Shown here: positions 25,579 to 38,566 of the stretch, piece by piece
Layout: the number at the start of each line of letters is the position of its first letter
Numbering within the stretch: position 1 is the stretch's first letter
Source of the DNA: Eledone cirrhosa
Taxonomy: Eukaryota
Direction of reading: 5' to 3'
Length of the DNA stretch: 64,000 nt
Assembly: GCA_964016885.1 (NCBI GenBank)
Contig: OZ024741.1
Span: forward strand, 272,118,001-272,182,000
The notes under the pieces: generated by a model
The model's database searches: none
The model's input: the letters and a program-made list of their open reading frames with translations, nothing else
Told to the model about the DNA's origin: nothing
Translations under genes and position numbers: made by a program

Positions 25579-25743
25579 TGTGTGTGTGTAGATATATATT
25601 ATATATATATAAGAAGCAAAGAAAATTTCAGTGATACGAAAGATTTCCTAGTGGAAGTTCAGGTAAACTCCTAGTTGATATCCAGTTTCAGGGTGAAAAT
25701 CCAATTTGAAAATCCAATGAATTTGAGAGGTCCACATAAGCGT

Positions 25744-25790
<47 letters not shown>

Positions 25791-25951
25791 AAAGGTTAAC
25801 AGAAATAACATCACAATCGGTACAGTATATGGAAGGAATCTAATATATTCCTTCCATATACCGTAACGATTGTGTTATTTCTGTTTACCTTTTACATACA
25901 CACATACAAACACATTACACACATACATTCATATATATATATATATGTGTT

Positions 25952-26314
25952 TGTATGTATAGTATATTTGGCAATATACCGTATGCTTAATTAAAAACAT
26001 TTTGAAGACCATGCACTATAAGTTTTAAAGTAGTGACTATGTCACTTACTTCTTTTCTTCGGCGAAAGAAGGGAGAGAAGCAAACAAACTGTCTGTTTCA
26101 CGCTGTTGGCGATCATCAGAGCAACGTACTTCCCGCTTTCGCCAAAGATTATAGAAGCTGGATTCTTATAGAATTCCAGTAATAATCAGGAGTTGATTAT
26201 ACAGAGCGATTGCCGGTCCAGCAAAAATTAGGTATTAGGATTGGTGCTCTGAAATAGCGATGTATACATGAATGTATGTATAATATATTTGGCAATATAC
26301 CATATGCTTAATTA
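25952..26314 (-). mobile_element. 321-bp terminally redundant unit with a hammerhead-like motif (retrozyme or PLE pLTR-like)
   Basis: 42-bp direct repeats at 25952-25993 and 26273-26314 (2 mismatches). Minus strand GCT-CTGATGA-TCGC(CAACA)GCGT-GAAAC-A-GAC-AGT at about 26088-26122. Confidence 0.55.
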
Positions 26315-26789
26315 TATATATATATATAGGCTTAAAAATGGAATGAGAATAAGAAGAAAGCAAGAATGTGAAGGCGCATGGCTTAGTGGTTAGAGCATTG
26401 GGCTTGCAATCGAACGTTTGTGAGTTCAATTCTTGGACCTAGGGATGTGTTGTTTCCTTGAGCAAGACACTTTATTTCACGTTGTTCCAGTTTACTCAGC
26501 TGTAGAAATGAGATGATAGGACTGGAGTCCCTATCATTAAATTAACCAAGATTCCTCCAATGAGATATACCTCGGAGGAGGCCAGCTGAACCTGCATAGG
26601 TGTGAGCTGTCACACACAAGGGGTGGGGGGTTCCTCATCAGTTGTCTCCTGGGGGTCTCGGATATTTCAACGCTTTAAAGACAATATATCTACCCCCAGA
26701 GCATTCAATAACTGGGTAAGTTATTGGGAAAATGGAGGAGGGAGAGAAGGAAAATAGAAGGGAAAAAGGGAAGAAAAGAGAAAACAGCG

Positions 26790-26837
<48 letters not shown>

Positions 26838-27599
26838 ACTCTCAGTCACTTCATACCACAGAAACTGGGAAAAGCACTGGCTTGGTGGACCTCAGGGCTT
26901 GAGACAGAGTCTCTATAAATGCAAGGGTTAGATATGTCCTTTCCAACACTGCATCCATCGTCTTATAGCATTCCTTCATCTTCGTCTCTGTGAGGTTTAG
27001 TATTTTGAGATCAACTCGAATCATCTCTGCCCAGAGTTTTCTTAAGCATGAAAACTGGTCAAAAACCACAAAAACCTTAAAGAGAAGATGACGAAGGAAT
27101 GAGAGTGGAGGGAAGCTGTGGTGGTAAAGATCTATCCAACCTATGAAAGAATTGGGAGAAAAATGGGCATAAATTGATGATGGTGGTGATGATGATAGTG
27201 ACAATAATAATGGTGATGATGATGGTGATAGTGGTGGTGGTGATGAAGATAATGGTGATGATAGTGTTAATGATAATAATGATGGTGATAATGATGATGA
27301 TGATAGCAATCTACACACGACAAACATGGAAAGGCACCACTGATCATGTAGCCCCAACACCCAGTGTTTTTCATCAGCGGCACTTGAGAAGAAATTACAG
27401 ACAGTTGCTAGGTGGAACCACATCTCAAATATAGGGATCTTAGTGAGGGCCATGTCACTAAACAGTTGCTAGGTGGGACCACTTCACAATTTAAGTGATC
27501 TTGGTTAGGGCTAGTGTTGAAAGGATTAATATATGCAACTGTGACACTATCAGCACCACAATCACACTAACGCTGCTTCCACTACTGCCAAGACAACAA

Positions 27600-28590
27600 C
27601 ATCCACATACATCACCACAACCACAACCACAATCAGTACTACCACCACTACAATCACCACCACCACTACTACCACAATCAACACAACTACCACCAGAATC
27701 ACCACCACTAATACAACCAACACTGCCACCACCACTACCATCACCACCACCACCATCACCACCATCATTACCACCATCACCACCACCACAACCACAACAC
27801 TTCACGACTGCCATCACCACCACTACCACCTCCACATCCACTATCACCTCCACCACCACATCCACTCCCAGCACCACCACCACAAACACCACTACCACCT
27901 CTTCTATTACCACTGCCAGCACCACCACCACCACCACAAACACCACTACCATCTCCACTACCACTGCTACCATCACCATCACTACCACCACCACCACAAT
28001 CACCAACACATCCACTACCACCACAAACACCAATACCATCTCCACATCCACTCCCAGCAGCATCACCACCACAAACACCACTACCAGCACTACCACCGCT
28101 ACCATCACCATCACCACCACCACCACAATCACCACCAACGCCACTATCACCACCACCACCACATCCACATCCACTATCACCACTGGCACCACCACCACCA
28201 CCACTACCACCACCACCACAATCTCCACCACTATCACCCTACACCACCACCACCACTATTAATATCATCAACATTGTCATTATCATATCATATTTATACG
28301 CAACATCATTATTGTAACTTCCATCCTAACCTTCACACCACCACTACCACACCACCACCACTGCAATCACCACCACTACCACTGCAACCACCACACCACC
28401 ACTGTCATCAACATCATCATCTCCATCACCATTCATAAAAACACCCTCATAGTCACCAGTATATCCTATCACTACCACCACACCACCACCACCACCACTA
28501 CCACCACCATCGCTACCACGCACACCACCTAACCACCACCACACACCACCACCACTATCATCGCACACAACACACCACCACCACCACCAT
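27600..28590. repeat. CAC/ACC-rich degenerate trinucleotide low-complexity tract
   Basis: Directly visible; it produces the poly-T/P/V pseudo-ORFs. Similar tracts at 10640-10850, 11125-11510, 35100-35480, 35705-35940 and 40710-41260. Confidence 0.85.
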
Positions 28591-28704
28591 CGCTATCAGA
28601 TACACAGTATTTCCTATCCAATCTTTAAATGTCTCCCAATCCTCCACCACCTCCCTCCCTCTTCTTTCACTTCCGCAAGTGACAAGACCTCTGTATGTGT
28701 ACGT

Positions 28705-28739
<35 letters not shown>

Positions 28740-28765
28740 TATATAGGTATATGCATACGTGTGCA

Positions 28766-28798
<33 letters not shown>

Positions 28799-29435
28799 GT
28801 ACACACACACATATATATATATGTATGTGTGTGTGTGTTCATACATACACTGCATGTATGTTTCCACCTCTTCTCTTAAAGGCGTGTATATATATATGTG
28901 TGTATGCATGAATATGTGTGTGTATGTCTGTATGTGTGTATGTGTGCATGTGCCTATGTATATGTGTGTGTGCATGTGTATATGTATTTGTATGCGTGTA
29001 TGTATCATGTTATTCATTGAAATGTTATCACTGAATGAGTTACCCCAATCCTAACTTTAGATGGCAGGGTGGCTAGAGGGTGTGATGGTGGGGTGACTAG
29101 AGGGTGTGATGGTGGTGGTGATGATTGTGATAGTGGTGCAGGTGACAGTGATGGTAGTAGTTGTGGTGATTATGGTTGTGATGTTGGTGATGTAGGATAT
29201 TGGTTATGGTTGTGGTGATGTATGCGGATGTTGTAGTCTTGGCAGTAGTAATGGCAGTTGTGGAAGCAGCATTAGTGTTAGTGTCATTGTGGTACTGATA
29301 ATGCCACAGTTGCATATGTTAAGCCTTTCAACACTAACCCCTAGCCCCCCTTCCCCTTACAGGAGACCCCCTAGTCCTATAATACAAAACCTCCTGTTTT
29401 AAAGTAGTTAACAACCATAATAATACACCATGTGT

Positions 29436-29468
<33 letters not shown>

Positions 29469-30024
29469 ATATACATATATATCATCATCATCATCATCAT
29501 CATTTTATATCCATTCTTCCATGCTAGCATGTGTATATATATATATATATATTCATTATAGTATGTGTTAGTTTATCACCAACACTTCAGTATGCAGGGT
29601 AGAGCACTCACTTCATTTATTCATAATTGCTGTTATATATATTTCGGTGATAACCATTATGCAACAATTATGACCCCATCAGACAGCTAGAAGTTGAACA
29701 GGACCCCCCCCCCCCCCCCCCAAAAAAAAAACATGAAGAAGAAATAAAAATTACTCCTGTTGTTTTGATTTATTGATATGCCCAGGGCTGATATTTAGTG
29801 TTGCTTTCTCAAAGCACCGGTGACATATATATATTTCCATCTGTTACTCTGTAAAATTTACACACAAACATGCACATGCATGCATTTTCCATCTCAGTCA
29901 TATTGCTAGAATAAAAAGTTTGTTTTCTAATCCCAAGGTCTTGGTTTCTAACTCTACATTTGTCCTTGTAAATAGTTATTTCTCCAGAATTACTCCTACA
30001 TTTAATCCTGTGTGTCATTTGTAT

Positions 30025-30112
30025 ATACGAGGGTCCCCTGAAAAGTTCATAGGCTGACCAAAATACTCTTATGAAATGACTAAATGAGGTATATTTTTCA
30101 ACATAGTCCCTG
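30025..30112. mobile_element. mariner-type terminal remnant
   Basis: TA|CGAGGGTCCCCTGAAAAGTTC TIR-like start, and minus-strand GGGACTATGTTGAAAAATA (DYVEK, a mariner C-terminal motif). Confidence 0.6.
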
Positions 30113-30924
30113 GAAAGAAGAGTTGAAATTAATGCATGCAACATTTCCAGCACTAACATCACTCCTTCATAGTCAGCCTAATCTAGTATATGCTGAACAT
30201 GTATGTAATTATATTCTAGAAACAAATTTTTAAAATATTATTCTAATCTTTAATCATATCCACATGTCAATAATCAACATAAACTATAAGGTTTCTCTTA
30301 TGCAAACCATTAATGTATTACAAGTCAAATTTCCCAGTTTGTATGATCGTTCATATATCCAGTAATCCTTGTATATATGACATACCAATTCTTGACTCTA
30401 AAAAATGAAACATATCCAATGCTAGGATAAAGACCCCCTTTTGTCACAAATGACCATGGGATTTGTACCTAGAAAGTTCCCCTCCAAAGCACAAGCTGGG
30501 CAAGGTTGTTTGTGGAAGACCAGCAGTCACCTATACATACCAGTCACCCTTCTCCATGCCACAGATGTTGTCCAAAGGAAAGGCCATGGTCAATACATCT
30601 TGGCCTCAGTGATATCACACCTCATTTCTACAGCTGAGTGAACTGGAGCAACATGAAATAAAGTGTCTTGCTCAAGGACACAACGCATCACCTGGTCCAA
30701 GAATCAAACTCACAAACTCCCGATTGCAAGTCCAATGCTCTAGCCACTAAGCCATGCAACTTCACTCAAACAATGCTAATGCTGTCATTATTGATGGCAC
30801 TAGCCCTTTGATATATAAATTAGAAAGATCTCAACATAAGTTTATGTAAGAACATTTTGTTATGTTTCAAAATCCAGATAAATAACTGTTTCTAAATTTG
30901 GCAAAAGGCAAGCAATCTGGTACT

Positions 30925-31142
30925 TTAACCCTTTAATGTTCAAACCGGCCAGAATTCTCTACCTTTTTCTGTTGAAACTGGCTGTAACTGGTCACTCAAA
31001 GTGATGCTAAGGTATTGTTCTCAAAATAAATACTTTCAAAATCTCATAGATTCGATATTATGTGAGATAATTATGTGAGATAAAGCATTTGCCATGAAAA
31101 TATAATAGTATATATAGATTAATGTGAATGCTAAAGGGTTAA
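30925..31142. mobile_element. piggyBac-type MITE (unexpanded copy) interrupting a SINE
   Basis: TTAACCCTTTA...GCTAAAGGGTTAA. The SINE halves flank it at about 30880-30924 and 31191-31315. Confidence 0.82.
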
Positions 31143-32257
31143 ACCCATACTAGCGTGGTAAAATAGATGTTAAATAGTGATGATGATGATGACCCTGTAA
31201 AGATGAAAGGCAAAGCTAACTTCGATGGAAATTAAACTCAGAATATAAAGCGTCGTAACTCTATGTCATAAAACATGTTGTCCGACACTCTACTGATTCT
31301 GCCGATCCACTGCCCTTAAAATCCAGATTATGTACCAACAGCTATTTTACTAAATCCTACCAAATTCTTGATTATTTTCACAGTTAACTCTTAACATTGT
31401 ATAATGCTGTCATAGAAAATATCTAAAAACGGGTTTGTAAATTCAAATGTTTATATTATCTTTACTAGTGGATAGATCCTTGTGAAAATTTGCAGTGAAC
31501 TAAAATAATGTCTTCAATTTTTAATGTAATATAATTGTACTTGCATTACAACTGTTTTGTATTTTTTCAAGAATATCTTTCTAATGCTGTTTCATGTGGA
31601 ACAGGATGTTAAGAGCTAATTGAAACACAGGCAGCATGCTTCATTGGAAATATAATCATTATCATATTTTTAATGAAAAACACTGACTGTAATTTTAAAA
31701 ATAATTGTTTGTATTTTAGGCACAAGGCCAGCAATTACCCACTTTATTTTATCGATCCCGTAAGGAAGAAAGGCAAAGTTAACCTTGGCGGGATTTGAAC
31801 TCAGATCATAAAGGGACGTAACTCTATGCTTCAAAGCATGGTGTCCGACTCTCTACCGATACTGCCAATCTACTTTTTTTAAAACAATGAAGAATTTGGA
31901 CAGCTTTAGTAATTTAACTAACTTTCTCATTATAAATAAAGCACCAGTAACATACTGGGATCGATTTAATCGATTTCCCCCTCCCCCTTGTGCCTAAATC
32001 AGAAACCATTATTAACCCTTTAATTACCAACCAACCAAAACTGGCCCTGGTTCTATGAAACAAAACTACCCATTTTAAAGCTTTCCAATTTAAATTAAAA
32101 TCTTCCAACATAATTTTATATAGGCCCCTTACATTAAGTTACAATCTTAGTAATGAAGTAATTGATAATTTTAGTAACTCCTTCAAAATTCTTCATTGAT
32201 TAATTGAAATAGAGTGTATTTCATTATAAATGCGGCCGCTAAAGGGTTGAATCATTA

Positions 32258-34891
32258 TTAACCCTTTAGCATTTAAACTGGCCATATCCGGCCACTCACC
32301 TCTTTCTGCTTAAACAGGCCATAACTGGCTGCTTATACTTATGTTAAGGTATTGTTCTCAAAATAAATAATATCAAAATCTCATAGATTTGATATTATGT
32401 GAGATAATTATGTGAGGTAAAGCCTTTACTGTGAAAATACAATAGTGTATATAGAGTAATGTAAATGATATGTGAGATATTATGTGAGATAATTATGTGA
32501 GGTAAAGCCTTTACTGTGAAAATACAATAGTGTATATAGAGTAATGTAAATGATATGTGAGATATTATGTGAGATAATTATGTGAGGTAAAGCCTTTACT
32601 GTGAAAATACAATAGTATATAAAGAGTAATGTAAATGATATGTGAGATAATTATGTGAGGTAAAGCCTTTACTGTGAAAATACAATAGTGTATATAGAGT
32701 AATGTAAATGATATGTGAGATATTATGTGAGATAATTATGTGAGGTAAAGCCTTTACTGTGAAAATACAATAGTGTATATAGAGTAATGTAAATGATATG
32801 TGAGATATTATGTGAGATAATTATGTGAGGTAAAGCCTTTACTGTGAAAATACAATAGTATATAAAGAGTAATGTAAATGATATGTGAGATATTATGTGA
32901 GATAATTATGTGAGGTAAAGCCTTTACTGTGAAAATACAATAGTGTATATAGAGTAATGTAAATGATATGTGAGATATTATGTGAGATAATTATGTGAGG
33001 TAAAGCCTTTACTGTGAAAATACAATAGTGTATATAGAGTAATGTAAATGATATGTGAGATATTATGTGAGATAATTATGTGAGGTAAAGCCTTTACTGT
33101 GAAAATACAATAGTATATAAAGAGTAATGTAAATGATATGTGAGATATTATGTGAGATAATTATGTGAGGTAAAGCCTTTACTGTGAAAATACAATAGTG
33201 TATATAGAGTAATGTAAATGATATGTGAGATATTATGTGAGATAATTATGTGAGGTAAAGCCTTTACTGTGAAAATACAATAGTGTATATAGAGTAATGT
33301 AAATGATATGTGAGATATTATGTGAGATAATTATGTGAGGTAAAGCCTTTACTGTGAAAATACAATAGTGTATATAGAGTAATGTAAATGATATGTGAGA
33401 TAATTATGTGAGGTAAAGCCTTTACTGTGAAAATACAATAGTGTATATAGAGTAATGTAAATGATATGTGAGATAATTATGTGAGGTGAAGCCTTTACTG
33501 TGAAAATACAATAGTGTATATAGAGTAATGTAAATATGTGAGATATTATGTGAGATAATTATGTGAGGTAAAGCCTTTACTGTGAAAATACAATAGTGTA
33601 TATAGAGTAATGTAAATGATATGTGAGATAATTATGTGAGGTAAAGCCTTTACTGTGAAAATACAATAGTGTATATAGAGTAATGTAAATGATATGTGAG
33701 ATATTATGTGAGATAATTATGTGAGGTAAAGCCTTTACTGTGAAAATACAATAGTGTATATAGAGTAATGTAAATGATATGTGAGATATTATGTGAGATA
33801 ATTATGTGAGGTAAAGCCTTTACTGTGAAAATACAATAGTGTATATAGAGTAATGTAAATGATATGTGAGATATTATGTGAGGTAAAGCCTTTACTGTGA
33901 AAATACAATAGTATATAAAGAGTAATGTAAATGATATGTGAGATAATTATGTGAGGTAAAGCCTTTACTGTGAAAATACAATAGTGTATATAGAGTAATG
34001 TAAATGATATGTGAGATATTATGTGAGGTAAAGCCTTTACTGTGAAAATACAATAGTGTATATAGAGTAATGTAAATGATATGTGAGATAATTATGTGAG
34101 GTAAAGCCTTTACTGTGAAAATACAATAGTATATAAAGAGTAATGTAAATGATATGTGAGATAATTATGTGAGGTAAAGCCTTTACTGTGAAAATACAAT
34201 AGTATATAAAGAGTAATGTAAATGATATGTGAGATAATTATGTGAGGTAAAGCCTTTACTGTGAAAATACAATAGTATATATAGAGTAATGTAAATGATA
34301 TGTGAGATATTATGTGAGATAATTATGTGAGGTAAAGCCTTTACTGAGAAAATACAATAGTATATAAAGAGTAATGTAAATGATATGTGAGATATTATGT
34401 GAGATAATTATGTGAGGTAAAGCCTTTACTGAGAAAATACAATAGTATATAAAGAGTAATGTAAATGATATGTGAGATATTATGTGAGATAATTATGTGA
34501 GGTAAAGCCTTTACTGAGAAAATACAATAGTATATAAAGAGTAATGTAAATGATATGTGAGATATTATGTGAGATAATTATGTGAGGTAATGCCTTTACT
34601 GAGAAAATACAATAGTATATAAAGAGTAATGTAAATGATATGTGAGATATTATGTGAGATAATTATGTGAGGTAATGCCTTTACTGAGAAAATACAATAG
34701 TATATATAGAGTAATGTAAATGATATGTGAGATATTATGTGAGATAATTATGTGAGGTAATGCCTTTACTGAGAAAATACAATAGTATATATAGAATAAT
34801 GTAAATGATATGTGAGATATTATGTGAGGTAAAGCCTTTACTGTGAAAATACAATAGTATATATAGAGTAATGTAAATGCTAAAGGGTTAA
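32258..34891. mobile_element. piggyBac-type MITE expanded by an internal satellite
   Basis: TTAACCCTTTAGCATTTA at 32258 and TAAATGCTAAAGGGTTAA ending at 34891. Confidence 0.88.
32390..34878. repeat. Tandem satellite of about 30 units of 85 bp or about 73 bp
   Basis: Unit TATGTGAGATATTATGTGAGATAATTATGTGAGGTAAAGCCTTTACTGTGAAAATACAATAGTGTATATAGAGTAATGTAAATGA. GGTAAAG occurs at 32416, 32501, 32586, 32659 and onward. Confidence 0.95.
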
Positions 34892-35776
34892 GCTAGTATT
34901 TTGAGCATAACCCAACAAAGGTTCTCATATAAAATTATGATGGAAGGATTTTAGAGGAATATAGTCATTTAAAATAAACAGCTTTAAATTATAGAACCAG
35001 TGGTAGTTCTTGCAGGTCAAGGTAGTGTTAGCAGTTGTGGTGTTAGTGTTGGGGTTGATTTTGGTACTGTTGGTGTTGTCTTTGGTATTGTTTGTTAATG
35101 AGGTTTCTGATGATGGTGTCATTGTGGTGTAGTGATGGCAGTGTGGTAGGGGTGGTGGTGTGGGTGTGTGATCATACTGATGGTAGTGATGGTGATGTGG
35201 TGGTAGTGGTGTGGTGGTGGTAGTGATAGTGGTGTGGTGGTAGTGATGGTGATGTGGTGGTAGTGGTAGTGGTGCAGTAGTAATATGATGGTAGTGGTGG
35301 TATTGTTGGGGGTTTAGTAGTGAAGGTGGTGTGGAGGTAGTGGTGGTGGTGTAGTAATGAAGGTGGTGCAGAGGTATTGTTTGAGGTGTAGTAATGAAGG
35401 TGGTGGTGGTATTGTTGGTGGTGTAGTAGTTAAGGTAGTGTGGTGGTATTGTTGGGGGTGTAGTAGTGAAGGTGGTGGTGGTGATCTGGAAACCTCAATG
35501 AATTGCCGGAAAATTCACACTGTAAAAGAGGAAAACACAGATATTCAATGTGTGTGTGTCTGTAATAATAATGGTGGTGATGGTGGAGTGCTGGGGTGCA
35601 GTGGGGTGGTTGCTCACCAATTTCTCAGAAGATAGATTACTAATTTGACTAACTGCGGAGGCATTCAGAGACCAATCGTACAAGATTCGGTTACTAAATG
35701 GACAACTACTACTACTATTACTACTATTACTACTTACTACTAATACTACACCACTCACCACCACTACTACTACTAT

Positions 35777-35839
<63 letters not shown>

Positions 35840-36278
35840 CACCACCACCACCACCACCACCACCACCACCACCACCACCACCACCACCACCACCACCAAC
35901 ATCCCTACTACTATCACCAGCACCACCATTACTACTATTACTTCTGTCACTGTTACCACTCAGATGTATCTTTCCTGTGGCTTGTTCTAAGCTGTCATGC
36001 AACCTGGCCTTAATATTATGTGGTACCACCTTTATGCATGAATTTACACTACCCAAGGGTGGCTGATGAGGAAGAAGGATGCTTTTATTTGTTCATCACA
36101 TGTGTTTCATTTTTCCCATGTGCAACTTGGTAGCATTGAGTAGGACAATGACTGGCCGGATATTGTAGTATCATACACTGTGTGAAGCACCTCAACTTAT
36201 GAATATATAAGGGCTAACAAAATGCGTGTACCTGGTATGGCACCGCTGTAGTAACTGGCCTCAATAATTATATATATA

Positions 36279-38008
36279 TCATCATCATCATCATCATCAA
36301 CGTTTAACGTCCGTGTTCCACGCTTGCATGGGTTTGGACGGGGGTAGTCCCACTTGAGGCAAGAGTGATTGGCTTGCTCGCATAGGACTGTCTGGCAGGT
36401 TTTCTACAGTTGGATGCCCTTCCTAACACCAACCACATTTACAGTGTGGGTCTGGGAGGTTTTTACCGTGTTGCCTACACGGCCACATTACAGTGTGGAC
36501 TGTGTGTTTTTTTGTCGTGACACCTACACAATCTCATTTGTTTCGGCCTGGATGGCACGGCACCAACATAACTTTACATAGAACGAGGTGGTGTGGATGG
36601 GGTGGGGGTGGTGGTGGTGGGACGGGGTGTATTTTGTTAGAGATGCCTACTGGCTGGAGTAGGTTTTACTATATATTTAGGTAAGGCGGGTCTTCTCTGT
36701 TACTGAGTACCGCCAAAGGTCTCGGTCCAGTGACATTGTCTTGGAGAGGTGTAAGTGTGTGATGTCGGAGTTTATCAGCTTGTCCCAGGTTTTTCTAGGT
36801 CTGCCTATTCCGTGACTACCGTCTATCTTTATTGCCCTGCACTTTGTTATACAGCTATCGACTTTCATGCGCATCACGTGTTCATACCAACGTAGCCTTC
36901 TCTCGAGTAAACAACATCTGATCCCTCTTATCTCTAATTTTTTCCTTAGTTCGTTTATGCTTTGCCGTTCACGTATATTACTGTTACACATCCAGCGGAG
37001 CATGCAAGCTTCGTTCCTCTCTAGTCTGCGTATATCCTCTGCACACAATGCCCAGGTCTCACTGCCATGCAGCATTGCTGTTCGTATGCAGGCATCGTAC
37101 AACCTACCTTTCATTTTTAGGGAGAACCCTTTAGCAGCTAATAGTGGTATAAGCTCTCTGAACTTTTTCCAACCAGTTCTGACTCTAGCTACAGTACTTT
37201 CAGAGCACCCTCCACCACTGCTGATTTTATCGCCCAGGTAACGGAAGCTGTCCACTATTTCTATAGAACCCTCTGCGCAATTGAAAGAGCTAGTATTTTG
37301 TGGGCACTTGCTGCTACTTATTGCACCAGAACACCGGCCACATGTAAAATCTATGTTCTTAGTTAGCTTACCTGTGATCCCACTACATCTTTTATGCACC
37401 CATACTTTGCATTTAGGACATAAAATGGAGTTTCTACCTACGCCTTTCCTACACACCGAGCACGACCATTTCCCAGAAGGGACCGCCGCCTTGTTTTCTT
37501 TCCTACAAACTAGAACTTTGGTCTTAGCCAGGTTAATTTTAAGTCCTTTTGACTCTAGGCCGTGCTTCCATGTTTGGAATTTCTTCTCTAGCTCAGCCAT
37601 TGATTCCGCTATGAGTGTCAGGTCGTCTGCGTATAGGAGTTCCCATGGGCAGCCTGTCTTGAACTCCTCTGTTATAGCCTGAAGGGCAATAATAAATAGT
37701 AGGGGGCTGAGAACAGAGCCCTGATCGACGCCAACTTTTACGCTAAACTCTTCACTATATTCGTTGTTAATTCTAACCTTGCTGACTGTTTCTTTATACA
37801 TGGCTTGTATAGCCCTCACAAGCCATTCGTCAACACCTAGTTTTCTAAGAGCCCACCAGATAATGGAGCGGGGGACTCTGTCGAAGGCTTTCTCCAAGTC
37901 GACAAAAGCTAAGTAGAGGGGTTTACCTTTAGCTAGGTACTTCTCCTGTAGTTGTCGTACTATGAAAAGAGCGTCTGTGGTACTTTTGCCTGACACAAAC
38001 CCGAACTG
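36279..38008 (-). mobile_element. RTE LINE, 5'-truncated, with an uninterrupted RT C-terminal frame containing a PHD-like finger
   Basis: QFGFVSGKSTTDA..AFVDLEKAFDRVPR..GVDQGSVLSPLLF..LYADDL..CSVC..CPKCKVWVHKRC..CGRC..FRYLG..LHGSETW..GRPRKTW (36677-38008), with a (GAT)n tail. Confidence 0.95.
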
Positions 38009-38232
38009 TATATATATATATATATATATGTCCCACACTGTAAATGTGGTTGGTGTTAGGAAGGGCATCCAGCTGTAAAAACCCTGGCCAAATTTACAGT
38101 CCTGCCAGAGCAACGTACAGCCAATCCTGGTCAGACTTGTCTCCCGATGTGGACGACCCGTCTGACCCATGCAAACATGAAAAAATGGATGTTAAATGGT
38201 GATGATGATGATATATATATACATGTATATAT

Positions 38233-38566
38233 GGAGGCACATGGCTTAGTGGTTAGAGCATTGGCCTTGCAATCGAAAGGTTGTGAGTTCAATTCTCAGA
38301 CCGGGTGATGTGTTGTTTCCTTGAGCAAGACACTTTATTTCACATTGCTCCAGTTTACTCAGCTGTAGAAATGAGATGATAGGGACTGGGGTCCCTATCA
38401 TTCCACTGCAAAGTAGTCGTGGAGGTGCCATGGAAAAAAAGCACCCAGCACTCACTGTAAATGAGGTTGGTGTTAGGAAGGGCATCCAGCTGTAGAAATC
38501 AAGCCAGAATCAGTTCCCGTCCCACCCTTGCAAGCAGGGAAAAGCGGACGTAAAATGAAATGATGA
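38233..38566 (+). mobile_element. tRNA/CORE-like SINE, full length
   Basis: Near-identical to 8946-9288. Confidence 0.88.

Noticed and set aside
27491-28262. Mucin-like Pro/Thr-rich and poly-Val ORFs (also 40533-41633 and 35495-36066)
   Set aside because: These are degenerate trinucleotide repeats open in several frames, with no convincing splice sites or unique domain.
32390-34878. CRISPR-like regular repeats (also 14005-14200 and 51770-53250)
   Set aside because: The units are contiguous with no unique spacers, there are no cas genes, and the context is eukaryotic.
36061-36110. CTGATGAG as a possible hammerhead core (also 43446)
   Set aside because: No stem II followed by GAAA; the 43446 instance is part of a SINE tail.
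38009-38170. N-terminal part of the 497-aa ORF 36677..38170
   Set aside because: It is chance read-through across (TA)n into an oppositely oriented RTE tail; the real RT homology stops at about 38008.
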